Source of the DNA: Podarcis cretensis
Taxonomy: Eukaryota
Direction of reading: 5' to 3'
Assembly (NCBI GenBank): GCA_951804945.1
Contig: OX638152.1
Coordinates: 41,912,001 to 41,976,000, forward strand
Length of the DNA: 64,000 bases
Positions 37,578 to 49,621 of this stretch are shown here, one piece after another. The stretch's first letter is position 1. Every line of letters begins with the position of its first letter. The notes under the pieces are model-generated. The model was not told where the DNA came from. It searched no databases and was given only the letters and a program-made list of their open reading frames with translations. A program made the translations under genes and the position numbers.

Positions 37578-38910
37578 TATCTTTTACTGGACCAAAATTG
37601 TCATTCCTACACACTGAACCTAAAAACTATCTGCCCTCACCAACACCTTACTTCAATTCTACTCAGAGTTCACTTTTCAGCTGATTCCCTAAAGTATAAG
37701 CAATTAAAACTCTCCTGCTAATATGAATATAGAGATTTACAATGTAATCTTCAACATGTTTACTCTGAATTAAATTCAATCTGCCTTATTCCCACATAAA
37801 TGGATCTAGGATTACAACCTTAGTTACCATAACAGTGCGAAATGTCAACAGAGGTCTCCAATGCTATTGTTTGCTCAAAAGTCCAAAGTAACACTGAAAA
37901 AAGCTGGAGTGGCAGGGCTTCCTAAACTGGGTGAAAATCTCAAATAGAGGCAAGCACACTGACTTCAAGCGTCACTGGTGTACAACAGCATGCACAAAAC
38001 GAAGCAGCAGTAACTCTTACTTACAATTTCAACAGCACATGGACTGTGGGTGTAAACCTCTCTGTATGTTTCTGGTATGAGCCAGTTGCATAGAGAGAGA
38101 TGAGGGAGATCCTATGCTTATCCTGCTATGTTTCTGACTGCCTCAAAGATTGCCTGGCATGAAAGAGCCTGAATAAACCCAAGAACAGCCAGATACCCCC
38201 CTTCATTGTGCAAAGACAAGCACTACATGATATGAGCTACAGTCACCCAGCAGTAAAATAGGATGCAATGGAGGCTACCGCTGAATCAGACAACTCCATC
38301 TTCTGTAACTCTTCACAAGTTTTACTTTAAGAAATGCCCCGAATTCAGGTTCAACTGCACAAAGAACAAAGTAAAGGGCCCTCTGGTGCCTTTTAAATTG
38401 CTGCAGAAAATATCAATACTGGCTTAAAACACCATAGCCAAAGCTATGCATGGCAAAGTATAGTTATTTTGAATTAAACCATAGCATGCTAGCTTGACTG
38501 CATAATGTAAGTGTAATGAGAAAGGACTGTTACCCAGACAATTACATAATATAAAGTGGAACCATGGTAAAGCTAGCATGGCCCAACTACACCCCAGTTT
38601 TTTAAAAGATTGGTCAGAGTTCTCCTATGATTTTGCATTGCAATAATGACAAGCAAACTGCACAACTGTTTTACGACTTTTACCCAACATATATGACTTC
38701 TCTCGAAGCGGACCAAACAAACTCAAAGTCTTAACAATTAAAACAAGACTCCCAAACAGATGTTATATAGAAAAGCAAATTTTAGACTATCACAAGAACC
38801 AGAAAGTTGAGGCAATAGTGTTTAGTCTATGGATACTGTATAGTAGGTGCACAGGCTGATTCTATTCCAGTCAGCCCAAGCACAATTAACACTTTCTACT
38901 ATTAATATCA

Positions 38911-39279
38911 GGGACGAAGGTGGCGTAGTGGGTTAAACCACAGAGCCTAGGACTTGCCGATCAGAAGGTCGGCGGTTCAAATCCCCGCGATGGGGTGAGG
39001 TCCTGTTGCTTGGTCCCTGCTCCTGCCAACCCAGCAGTTCGAAAGCACGTCAAAGTGCATGTAGATAAATAGGTACCACTCCTGCAATAGGCACTGCTCC
39101 GGCGGGAAGGTAAATGGTGTTTCCGTGTGCTGCTCTGGTTCGCCAGAAGCAGCTTAGTCATGCTGGCCACATGACCCGGAAGCTGTACACCAGTTCCCTC
39201 GGCCAATAAAGCGAGATGAGCGCCACAATCCTAGAGTCAGTCACGACTGGATCTAATAGTCAGGGGTCCCTTTACCTTT
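38911..39279 (+). mobile_element. Sauria (Squam1) SINE
   Basis: B-box GGTTCAAATCC, tail GGGGTCCCTTTACCTTT, 14-bp TSD TACTATTAATATCA. Confidence 0.95.
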
Positions 39280-41917
39280 TACTATTAATATCACTAGCCA
39301 TACCAGGAGCCCTATTAATGCCAGAGTTACTATGCAGCAGCAGCATGAGCCAACAAAACATTTGATAAATCTTGAGTTAAAGACCACAGGTGATTACAAC
39401 CACAGGTGATTACAACAGCTAAGAACACTATTTCAGTTTCATTCAAGCAACCTAAGGGCCATGAGAGAGAACAGAATAATACATGAGCCACTCTGGGTTG
39501 AGGGGGAGACCAAATGTTTTCTCCCCACAAGCTACATACAAACAGCATAATGGAACTTCAGCTTAACCCGATATCAGAATCAATGCCTGATGAGAAATAA
39601 TACTTGTACCACAGCTGGAGAAAACATCCTAGTAAAATGACAATATTAGATCTACAGCCCATTCCAGGTAAATTATAGTTAGGGGCCTTACTTAGTATTA
39701 AAAAAAACTAAGACAAAGTAAAGGAACACAGAATTATCAGTTTTAGTCCAAAAATGAAGAGGCTAGTAAGCTCCTGGGTTTATAAAACTCCAACTCTTCC
39801 CTTACACACCAGAATTTGCAGTTAGCAAAACATCCTTTAAAAATTATTAAATTGTCAGCTGCAATAAAATTTTGTTCATAAGATGCGATATATATTTTTT
39901 ATCATTCTGGATAAAATATCTATAGCCACAGCAGTGGTTGAATTGTAGCTAGAAAGGAAATTGTCTTCAGATAAATGGTTTCCCTATGAGAAGGCTTCAC
40001 CACTACACCTAGCTCCAGGTCAATAAATCAAATTAACTGCACCTTGTCCTCTGGCTAGTGACATCATCAGCTGGACCACATCTTTTTAAATAGGTGGAGA
40101 AACATATGCTTCTAAAGCATAAAATCATATTACATTTTTGTCTGGCCAACACCATGAAAGGGAAAACTTTGTAAGGGTGAAAAAAGGCAGAAGACCAATT
40201 ACTTTAAAATAAAATAAAAACATCATGAAATTTACAAAAATTCAAACTGTTCCTGTATATGCAGCTCATAGTCATGCTTCAAGGACTGTTCAATATTAAT
40301 CAGACATAGATACTGTAAAATATCCTGCTGTCAGATTATTTTTCTGCACAGATTGAAGAGAATGGTCACTAATGAGGCCTACATAAATCTGTCAAGTGTG
40401 CTAGCACTATATTAATAGATACCACCTTTAAAATAATTAGGGAGAGAGCTACTGTAACTTACTAGGCATTGTGCCGAATTGAAATGTTTGTTTTAACTAA
40501 AAAAGTGTTCCTAGTTTCATGAAGTATAAGGAACATTCATCCTTTTTCAATCACTCTTTTTTCACCACCCATAATCATTTTTAGCTTTAATACACATCTA
40601 CTAGCTTTAAAGGAGACAACAGAATTATATACCAAACATATTCTGTCCACAGCATTCAGATCCTAAATATCAAAATGGAAGTTATTTCTAATAACACCTC
40701 AGATTACTGCACATAATTTATAATGTGGGTTGTAGTGTCTAGATTGTCACTTATTCTATCAATGCTTGATAATACATACTATATTTATTACAAATAACTG
40801 AATTGCTAATTTCAGGGAGATGCAGTTTTCACAGTCCCTCAGACTGTAAGTGAGAAACTGTTCTTTTCTACATGAAAAAGTCAATCAGGACAAAGGGAGA
40901 AGAAAGCCCCCCCCCCCTCCACTGCTCTATAAGGAGCAGCTTAGAAAGTCCTGTTGTTGCTATAAATTAAAAATAAGCCCCTTATATTTGAGGCATGAAG
41001 GGGGGGGGGAGAGAAAGAGAGAGAGAGGAGCTGTGAGCAGATCTGATGCTGCTCATGCCCCAGGAGGGTTTTGTTTTTGCTGTCGGGGCTGAGAGGGGGC
41101 ATTTTGGTTATTAGTAAATAAATCAAGCAGCAGAGAGTGAGGCCTAAGCGCCTGCCAAAGGAGTCCGGGCCTAGCTTTCCTCCCTCCCCTCCATGTTACA
41201 GCCTGGGTTTGATCTCAAGGCCCTGCTCGTTGCCAAGAAAATGTAAAAAAAGCCAGAGAGCAAGAAAGAAGAATCATATTGAACCACAAAAGCACATGGG
41301 GCGAATGTAAAATATAAACACGGCATTGGGCTCTGAGTGGCTGTTATTAAAGGCCTGAATTACTAAACATGAGAGGCGGGGAAAGCCGGGCGGCCATTTC
41401 AATAATATAAACCTCCCCGAATTAGACATTATTCAAATGAGAGAGAAGGAGACCAGAGACGGGGTTGGGGAAGGAGGAGGAGGAGGGAGGGAGAATTAGA
41501 AAGCAGCCACAGTCCGCTCGCGGCCAGCCGGCCACCCCGGAACCTTGACCCGGCCACCCCATAATAATAATAATAATAATACGGGGATGGGAGACAAGGC
41601 ATTGTCAAGTGTCGTCTCCCTCTTCCTCTGCCGCCGCACCCCCCACCCCACCCCCGCCGCTATGATCCGGTGCAAGCCATTCAAGGGCTCCCTCCACCTC
41701 GCAGAAGGGCAGGCGAAGATTTGTCAGGGCAGCCCCAGACACCTCCGGGTGGGGGGGGGGGAGAGACAAGCCGCCCCTTATAGATTTCCTGTAGGGGGCA
41801 CACAGACACACACTCCCCCACACACTCCAATTTGCACGCGCACTCTTTCTTACACACACACGGAAGGAGGAAGCCCCCACTGCCGCCCCTCTCCCTCCCC
41901 TTAGGCCAGGCAGCCCT

Positions 41918-41977
41918 ACCCCAAACACCCCTTGTTTGGCGCGCAGTAACCCCAAACACCCCTTGTTTGGCGCGCAG
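41918..41977. repeat. 29-bp perfect tandem duplication carrying an E2F-type site
   Basis: ACCCCAAACACCCCTTGTTTGGCGCGCAG at 41918-41946 and 41949-41977. Confidence 0.9.
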
Positions 41978-42641
41978 GCCTCGGCCTCTGGGGAAACAGG
42001 GCTGCCTTGGGAAAGGGGCGGAGGGGGGGGGGGCCGTTGCAGGGCGGGAGCCGAGGCGCTAAGAAAATAAAAATGAATAAATGCACGACTTCTCCCTCCT
42101 CCGCCCCCCTCCCTCCCCGTCCAATGCGACACCAGAGGGGCCGGGGGGTGCGGTTGCACCCGGGGACCGGTGAGGAGGCTGAGGGGGAAGGTGCTGCGCG
42201 CCCGCCGCTCCGTCCCTTCTTCCCAACCGCCGACACCCCCCCTCCCTCCACACCCCGGTCATTATGACGAAGCCCCCCCCCCGCCTCGCTTTTCCGCCGC
42301 TACCCCTATTATACAGTCTATATGAATATGTAAAGCGGCTTCGTGGTAGCGGCGGCGGTGCCCGGCCTAGCTGCCCGAGCAGGGCTCCTCAGGGCGAGGG
42401 TGGTGGTGGTGGTGGTGGGGGACCCTGCCCGTTGCCCCCCGTCCCCCGGTGCCCGCGTGTCCCTCCGTGCGCCTCTCGCTTTTCCCCCGCACGGCGGCCA
42501 CCCCCAGCTCCCTCCTGTGCCGTTAATTATAATAATCCTGAGTACTAATAAATTATGCTAAGCGGGGAAGGCGGGCGGCGGAGGGGGGGCGCCCGCGTGT
42601 GCGAGTATGAATATGAATATGTAAAATGCAGTAATGATTAC

Positions 42642-42699
42642 CTGCCGCCACCGCCGCCGCCGAACTCTCATCTTGACTCGCTGCTCCTCCGTCCGCCAT
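42642..42699 (-). CDS. POU2F1: POU2F1 (Oct-1) coding exon 1 (19 codons + 1 nt, phase-1 donor)
   Basis: Minus strand AAAATGGCGGAC... encodes MADGGAASQDESSAAAVAA, matching the N-terminus of vertebrate Oct-1 (MADGGAASQDESSAAAAAAADSRMNN...). It is followed by the donor CAG|GTAATC at 42641 and lies in a CpG island. Confidence 0.93.
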
Positions 42700-44328
42700 T
42701 TTGAATATTTTAATCAAAATCGGCCGCCCGATAAACCCTCCCTTGCTCGTTTGCCTCCTCGGCAGGGGCCCCCTCCCCACTCGCGGCGCCCTCTGCGCAC
42801 GCGCGGCATCGGCGGCTCCCCTCCCTCGGCCTCGCAGCCTTTACGCGGCCCGTGCGCATGAGCGCCTCCTCCCCTCGCTTCGCTGAGAGGCGCCCGCTAG
42901 ATGTGCGGGGAGGAGGGAGCCACTCGGGTGCTGCCGCTGCCGCCTTTTCCCGCTCTTGGCCGCTTTGGGACCCAAGCGGGTGACAGCAGCCTTCGTGGTG
43001 ACAGGGGCTGGCTAGCAGGCTGCGCGCTTGGGGGGCATCTCCAAAAGGCTTCTTGTTATCCACAGGAAAAGCGCGCCCCGCGCATGTTAAGCAGAGCCGC
43101 CTCCCCTTAGTAGTCTGCGCTCGCCCGCATCCGACGAACTGAGCGCTCACCTGCGGGGAAATCTGAGCTAAGGGATTTATTATGATCATTATTCGCACTT
43201 TGCTCCCTCTTCCGCCTCCCGGGAGCAGGCGGGGAAGACTGGCGTTGTCCTGCGCGCCGGCCCCCTTCTGCAATTCCAACACGTGCAGCCCAATCCTCTG
43301 CGTGTTTTATTTCCATGCACGTTTTCTCAGAAGTAAGTCCCGGTGCATTGAGCAGAGTTTACCTCCACATAAGAGTGCGTATATGTTAAAAAATATTAAA
43401 CTATTTCCAGAATGGAAATTTTTGAAATACGATTTTATTATATAAAATCCCCCCCCCACCGCAACAATTTTACAAAACCAATGGAAAACAAAAACCCACA
43501 CATACAAATAACAAAACAGAATGAAACACCCCACTTTTCTAACCACAAAAAAATGGATTCTGCTGAGAGACTGGCTTCCTTTCTCTCCTAGCAGTGAATA
43601 GTTTTCACCCCAGTTGAGCTGGTTGTTACAATGACCAGGTATTTGAGAACCGGTGTTTGAGTTTCGTGTTTTCCTCCTCCCTCCATCTCGCTTTCCTTTT
43701 GTGTCATGTATTTTAGATTATATTCTTGAGGTCAGGAACTGTGTTGTTTGATTGTTTTAGAGTAATTGATCTGTAAGCCACTTTCAGAGCCTTTTGGCTG
43801 AAGGTAGGGTGAAAATGCCTATAATAAATAATAAATAAATAAAGATCCACAAGGCTGTTTTTAATAAAAAAAAATTAAACAAACAGCAAGTATCCTATAA
43901 ATACCAATTAGGGCCGGATTTAGATGAAGAGAGGCCCTAGGCTACTCCACTTGTGAGGCCCCTCCCGACCCCCCACCTTCAGGGCTAGAAGAAAATGGAA
44001 GAGTGTTATAAACAAAATTGAGTGAAGCCAAGGATGATGATGGGTATTTAAAATTTTGCAATTCTCAATTTCTCCTCTAAAGGACATAAGATGTTATTGT
44101 TAAATACCATGGTGATTTTAAAAAATGCATAAAATTAACACTGAAAAACTTTTGCAATAACTGCACTTTGTAAACCTTTTGTGGAATAAGCATTAATTTT
44201 TAGGAAAAAGAAGTTGTAATGTTATTCTTTAAAAAACAAAACGCCTTGAGTTTACAAATTATATTGCCTGGGAAGTGTAAATAATATGACCATGATTACC
44301 TGACAGTGTGGCACTTTTAGAATCTAAT

Positions 44329-45110
44329 TTATGTTGTCATTAAAAAGTCAGTTTTAAAATATATATTAGGAAGTAAACTACAACCATCAAATACAGGAAG
44401 GCTAAAATGTTTTTTCCTAGCCTTCCTCATAGCAAAATCATCCAAAACTTCATCAAAATTTGTTTGTCTAAGTTTGTCACTTTCAATGTACACAATGCTC
44501 AGTGCAGACAACCTCTCTTGAAACACTGTGATCCTTAAATCACTTTTAATTCTTTTGAGTCCTGAAAAACTCCTCTCTCCTGAGCAGTTAGTGGCCATAA
44601 GGCTAAGAAATAGCTGCAAGATTGCTTCCACATTAGGAAAGGCCATATGAATTTTTGCTTAATTTCTTGCTTAGATGCTGTCAAATTAGCAAAAATGGCA
44701 AACAATTGTGCAACATCACTGTACACAGTACTTCTTCATTTTAAATTGGCCTCAAGTGCATCTAATAAAGGAATAAAGGATTTTATCCTAAACGTATCTC
44801 TTGAAGAAAGCGCATCTAAGGCATCAGGTGCACTTCTGTCATTTCTTTGCCATTCCCTCTTTGTCTCCTTGTTTTGTAGTTGACATCTGGCAAGGTGTCT
44901 TTTGCTTGTTTCTCAAGCTCATCAAAACCATCTCGGATTTTCCTTTAAAAATCCAGAAGTGAACTGTACAAACCTGCACAAGAACTCAATAACAGATCTG
45001 ATTTTTGGAAGGCTTTGCTGACCCTGTGAAAATGACCTAGCACACGGGTCCAAAAATGCAGCCTAAGCACAGATTCCAGTTCTTCCATTTCCTGCAAAAG
45101 ATTGTTAGCT
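44329..45110 (-). pseudogene. hAT transposase C-terminal remnant (dimerisation domain, Tip100/ZMYM1-like)
   Basis: FPNVEAILQLFLSLMATNCSGERSFSGLKRIKSDLR...QERLSALS...LDDFAMRKARKK. The upstream fragment FWTRVLGHFHRVSKAFQ is disrupted by stops and frameshifts. Confidence 0.88.
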
Positions 45111-45933
45111 TGGAGTCTGGTCTCCCCCTTCCCATTAACATCAGAGTCAGGATGAGGTCCAGTTACCAACCTGCAGCCTAGCCTCCTGCCTTCTACAGGT
45201 AGTTTTGGATCCCTCCAAGGTCCCCTTCCCACTGCTGCTTTCCCTGATCCCAAAGGCCTCTCTCTGCCTGTGGGCAATCTGCAGTGCATGCTGCAGGCAC
45301 CAACAGGGCTCTGTGAAGTGTGAAAGATAGACTTCTCTGCCTGGGAGGGATGAGGCCAGTGCCAGTCACATGTGCTTGCCTTGCTCTGTTCAAGCCAAGG
45401 AGAAGGGAAGGAATGGAAGAGACTTGGGAGAGCTCGCTTGCCTAGTCTATCTGCCCCACTTGTACTCTCCCACTGATTAAAGTGCAGCATGTACCACTAC
45501 TGACCTGACCCTTGAACTAGGGAAGGCTGTGCAGCTGGTCGTTGACTCTGGGCCTGCTGGCTCTGGATTCTAAGATGGAAAATTTTGGGGTGTGAAGATA
45601 CTCAACAGCCCAGCTTGTCAGGGCAAAAGTCCCTGCAGTTCTCTGTGGTTAGCAGAAGAAGGAAATTCCAGCCAAATATAGGAGCAAAACAGCGGTCAGT
45701 AGACCACAAACTTTATTGTTGCGCAACAGGTCTGCACACAGAGTAAGAACCTTGAACATGGGTTACAAGCTCTTTGATGACTTTCCCTCCCTACCAAGAA
45801 TACATTTCCAGAACCATCACTGATACGTTGCTGATACATCACCATCATGTCACAAGGAGGGGGGGAAGTCGTGAGTTACCCAAGTTCATAAACTTGCCCC
45901 AGTTATCAGATCAAGTTCCTAACACCTTAAGTA

Positions 45934-46270
45934 AAAAGGTAAAGGGACCCCTGACCATTAGGTCCAGTCGTGACCGACTCTGGGGTTGCGGTGCTCATCT
46001 CGCTTTATTGGCCGAGGGAGCCAGCGTACAGCTTCCGGGTCATGTGGCCAGCATGACTAAGCCGCTTCTGGCAAACCAAAGCAGCGCACGGAAACGCCGT
46101 TTACCTTCCTTCAGGAGTGGTACCTATTTATCTACTTGCACTTTGTGCTTTTGAACTGCTAGGTTGGCAGGAGCAGGGACCGAGCAATGGGAGCTCGCCC
46201 CATCGTGGGGATTCGAACAGTCGACCTTCTGATCGGCAAGTCCTAGGCACTGTGGTTTAACCCACATCCC
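45934..46270 (-). mobile_element. Sauria (Squam1) SINE nested in the hAT element
   Basis: TSD AACACCTTAAGTA / AACACTTTAAGTA and AAAGGTAAAGGGACCCC tail. Confidence 0.93.
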
Positions 46271-49146
46271 AACACTTTAAGTACCCGCCAGCTAAAGAAC
46301 AATAAAACTATTTGTGAGCACATGCACTAAACCCTGACTGTGCTGCCTACCCTTTCCCCCAAAGAATGAGACAAGAGACCAGAGTATGGATTCAAATTGA
46401 CCACAACTTAATTGAGCTTCAGAAGTGAGAAACTTGGCACAGGCCTTGGCAGGTAACGCTCTCAGCCCGTCTGGCTGAGGATATGCAGGCTGATGAGGTT
46501 CAGTGAGAGGGGACTATAAAGCACAAACTTACACAGCATGCCCTTCCACTAACCTCGTCCCAGGAGTTTGACCTACATGCCGCTGCTCTAGGGCCAGGGA
46601 CTCCCGGTTTTGCCCTTTAATGGTCCCTGCAAGCGCTGCCGCCTGGGAAGGGAGCATTAACGCATCCCCCCGACTTGATGATAGACTAAAGGATACCTTG
46701 CCAAGGCCTAAAACCGCCACCCGAGGATGCCAGCCGCCCTCTAGAGCGGCGGCGGATGGGCCCAAGCACCCACCCCACACCGCCACTGCCGCCAGACAAA
46801 TTGTGGCCTAGCCGAGCGGCTGCCGCCCTCTTGCGCCAACGAAATGCCCGACGGCAGGCAGTGGAGGGACCCCACCCCCCAGCGGCGCAACCGGCAGATG
46901 GCGGTGGCGGAGGAGCCATGCCCCCTGTCGCCGCCAAAAAACAAAGCTGGGATGCCCGCTGCCCTCTAGGACTGGCGGAGCGCTCCCCCTTGTGGCAAGC
47001 GGCGGTGGATGGGCCCAAGCACCCACCCCATGCTGCCACTGCAGGAAGGAAAAAGGCCGCAAATGTGGCCTAGCCGGGTGCCCGACCGAAAAGAAAGGTC
47101 ACAAAATGTGGCCTAGCCTGGTGGAGGGGCCATGCCCCCCCCCATCAAGGCAAGAACACAAAAAGGCTGGTTACTTACCTCAATCTGGCCGTCAGGACAC
47201 GCTCCTGTTGATCCTGATCCTGGAAGAAAGAAAACCAAATGAGGCTGGGTCAAAAGGGTCAAAAGGAGCAATTGGGCCAAATTGGGGCCCGCAGGCCACT
47301 CCTAAGGGGCCCTCCGCACCAGGGTAATTAGATTGATTGTATTTCTATCTCTAAGATTTGAAGTTGGGCCACAGAGCTTCAAATTGGGCCCCACTGGCTT
47401 ATAGTTGCTGAGCCCGAGTTGCCCTGCCCTCGCACCAAGTCTTGGGTTTGCAATTGTGGGAGAGGGGAGGCTGCCTGCTGGGGAGCAGGCGGGCTGGTGA
47501 GGCCCCCTAGATTTAGAGGCCCTAGGCTCCAGCCTACTTAGCCTATCCATAAATCCGACCCTGATACCAATGCAACAAGGGAAAATTTTAAAGGGTTACA
47601 ACACAACAGCAGCATTATAGCCAGTAATCACCTCAAAAGCCCTCTGGAAAGAAACAATATTTTACCTGTTACCGAAGGGCCAAACAGATCTTACTAGAAA
47701 TGGAATTCAATATTCTTGGTACCACTAAAAGGAGCTAAGGCACTAGCTGCTCTCTGCACCTCAGGGGATGGAATGCAGAGGAAGTCCTCCAATTATGATC
47801 TGGATCCACCAGTAGTTTAGTAGTCGTTGTGAACACCATAGAAGGGATAGCTAAGCTAAACTGAGTTTCCTGACTCTGCCTCAGACTTAAAAAACAAAGG
47901 GAGTTGTTATAAAGCACTATCTCTCAGACTCAGTACCATTCTCCACAGCAGCTACACACAGATCCGCACTATGTGGATAACAGTGCTGGACTACATTGTT
48001 TGGTAGCCCCTATAGCCTTTAACTTGCCACAGCTGCATCGGCAATATGCCCTTTACCAGGCTGTAGAGTAGAAGGAGGGGAGCGAAGCAGGGCTATCCTG
48101 CCATCACCTCTGCTGAGAGACCAGCTGCCGCATCATTCAATTATTATCATGCTCTCTGGACTGATCCATTTTAGCTTGTCATTAAATAGGAACTGTAACT
48201 TTTAAGAATTGGTGTCTGAGCTTGCTTCCCCCACCCCTTTCCCCTTGTTTGACAATATTTTTAACATTGTAAGCCGAAAAGGTTGGTCTGTCTTACTAAT
48301 GATCTTTGTAAGCCACTCTCAGGATCTTTTTTTACTAAAGTGGAGGACAGAATAAATACATGTGGAACTATGTCATAGGCATGTTGTAAGCCCGATATTT
48401 TAGCCTCAATGCACATCTAAAATGTAGAGATAATAACAGGTTTTCAATTTACAGACTGCTTTCAGTTTTCGTGCACACAACATCTGCAAGAGAGGAATAG
48501 TAATCCTGGACAGCTTATTTCTTCCTATCTAATCAAGGAAGCATTTGCAGGACAATTCTTTTAAAATAAAGTAAAACGTGGCATTTTCCCTGCATGAAGA
48601 CTTGGTTTTCAAGCCAATGTGTCTTTGTTTGAGGGGACTGATGATGTGAAATCACAGCCGTGGTAAAGCATTGCTTGTCTACATTGCCTCCTGTGTACAG
48701 CTGTCACTGTTACCCGTGTAATGGAAGATATTCAAGGATTAAATATATATATATATAAGCTATGTCTGGAAAACAAAAGAACCTCTCTGCCCTCTGCCCC
48801 TTAGTTTTCTCCTCCAGAAGGATCATATTTAATGATATCATATGGAGAAATCCAATAGTTGCTCTTGGCTCTGCTGCCTAAAGAGTAAATAAGTCCACGC
48901 ACTTGGCGGACAGAGGCAACTTGGGAAGGAGAAGAGCAACACCAGAAGGAGAGTGGCAACACAAGAACAGGCATTTTCTGCAGTGGTTCCCTGCTTGTGA
49001 GGAGGCTTGCCTGAGGCCTTCATTACATATATTTTGGTACCAGGCCAAAACATTCCTTTTCACCCAGTCCTTTGGCTAATTAAACAATCTATGGTCTTTT
49101 ATACTGGGGAGGGGGGTTGTTTAGTTTGTTATGTGTTTTTATACTA

Positions 49147-49377
49147 CAGTGGTACCTCAGGTTACAGACGCTTCATGTTACAGATGCTTCAGGTTACAGA
49201 CTCTGCTAACCCAGAAATAGTACCTCGGGTTAAGAACTTTGCTTCAGGATGAGAACAGGAATCGTGTGGCGGCAGTTGGAGGCCCCATTAGCTAAAGTGG
49301 TACCTCAGGCTAAGAACAGTTTCAGGTTAAGAACGGACCTCCAGAATGAATTAAGTTCTTAACCTGAGGTACCACTG
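49147..49377 (-). mobile_element. MITE family A
   Basis: TA|CAGTGGTACCTCAGGTTA...TAACCTGAGGTACCACTG|TA. Confidence 0.92.
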
Positions 49378-49379
49378 TA

Positions 49380-49621
49380 CAGTGGTACGAATTTAATCCG
49401 TTCTGGAAGTCCGTTCTTAAACCAAAGCATTCTTAAATCAAGGCGTGCTATCCCATAACAGCAGGGGATTCGATTTAGAAACGGAACACACTCAACAGGA
49501 AGCAAAACATGTTCTTATTCTAAGGCAAAGTTCACAAACCAAAACATCTACTTCCGGTTTTGCAGCGTTCTTAATCCAAGTCGTTCATAAACTAAGCTGT
49601 TCTTAAACCAAGGTCCCACTG
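49380..49621. mobile_element. Related Tc1/mariner-pogo MITE abutting the previous one
   Basis: TA|CAGTGGTAC...AACCAAGGTCCCACTG|TA. Shares TA 49378-49379. Confidence 0.8.

Larger units (their letters stand above)
1..42641 (-). other. POU2F1: Probable POU2F1 intron 1 (continues beyond window start)
   Basis: GT donor at 42641-42640. No exon encoding (D)SRMNNPSETSK was recognised in 1-42640. Intron 1 is very long in mammals. Confidence 0.75.
41480..43320 (-). promoter_or_regulatory. CpG-island promoter of POU2F1
   Basis: Abrupt GC/CpG-rich block in CpG-depleted DNA. YY1-type CCGCCATTTT over the start codon (42693-42702), NRF1-type TGCGCACGCGC (42794-42804), GC boxes, and E2F-type TTTGGCGCG twice. 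Confidence 0.88.
43909..47563 (-). mobile_element. Composite, internally deleted hAT DNA transposon
   Basis: 8-bp TSD ATACCAAT (43901-43908, 47564-47571), TIRs TAGGGCCGGATTTA / TAAATCCGACCCTG, and a transposase remnant inside. Confidence 0.9.

Noticed and set aside
41496-43445. Many overlapping Pro/Gly/Arg-rich ORFs
   Set aside because: Expected from stop-codon scarcity in a CpG island. Only the 58-nt POU2F1 exon is supported.
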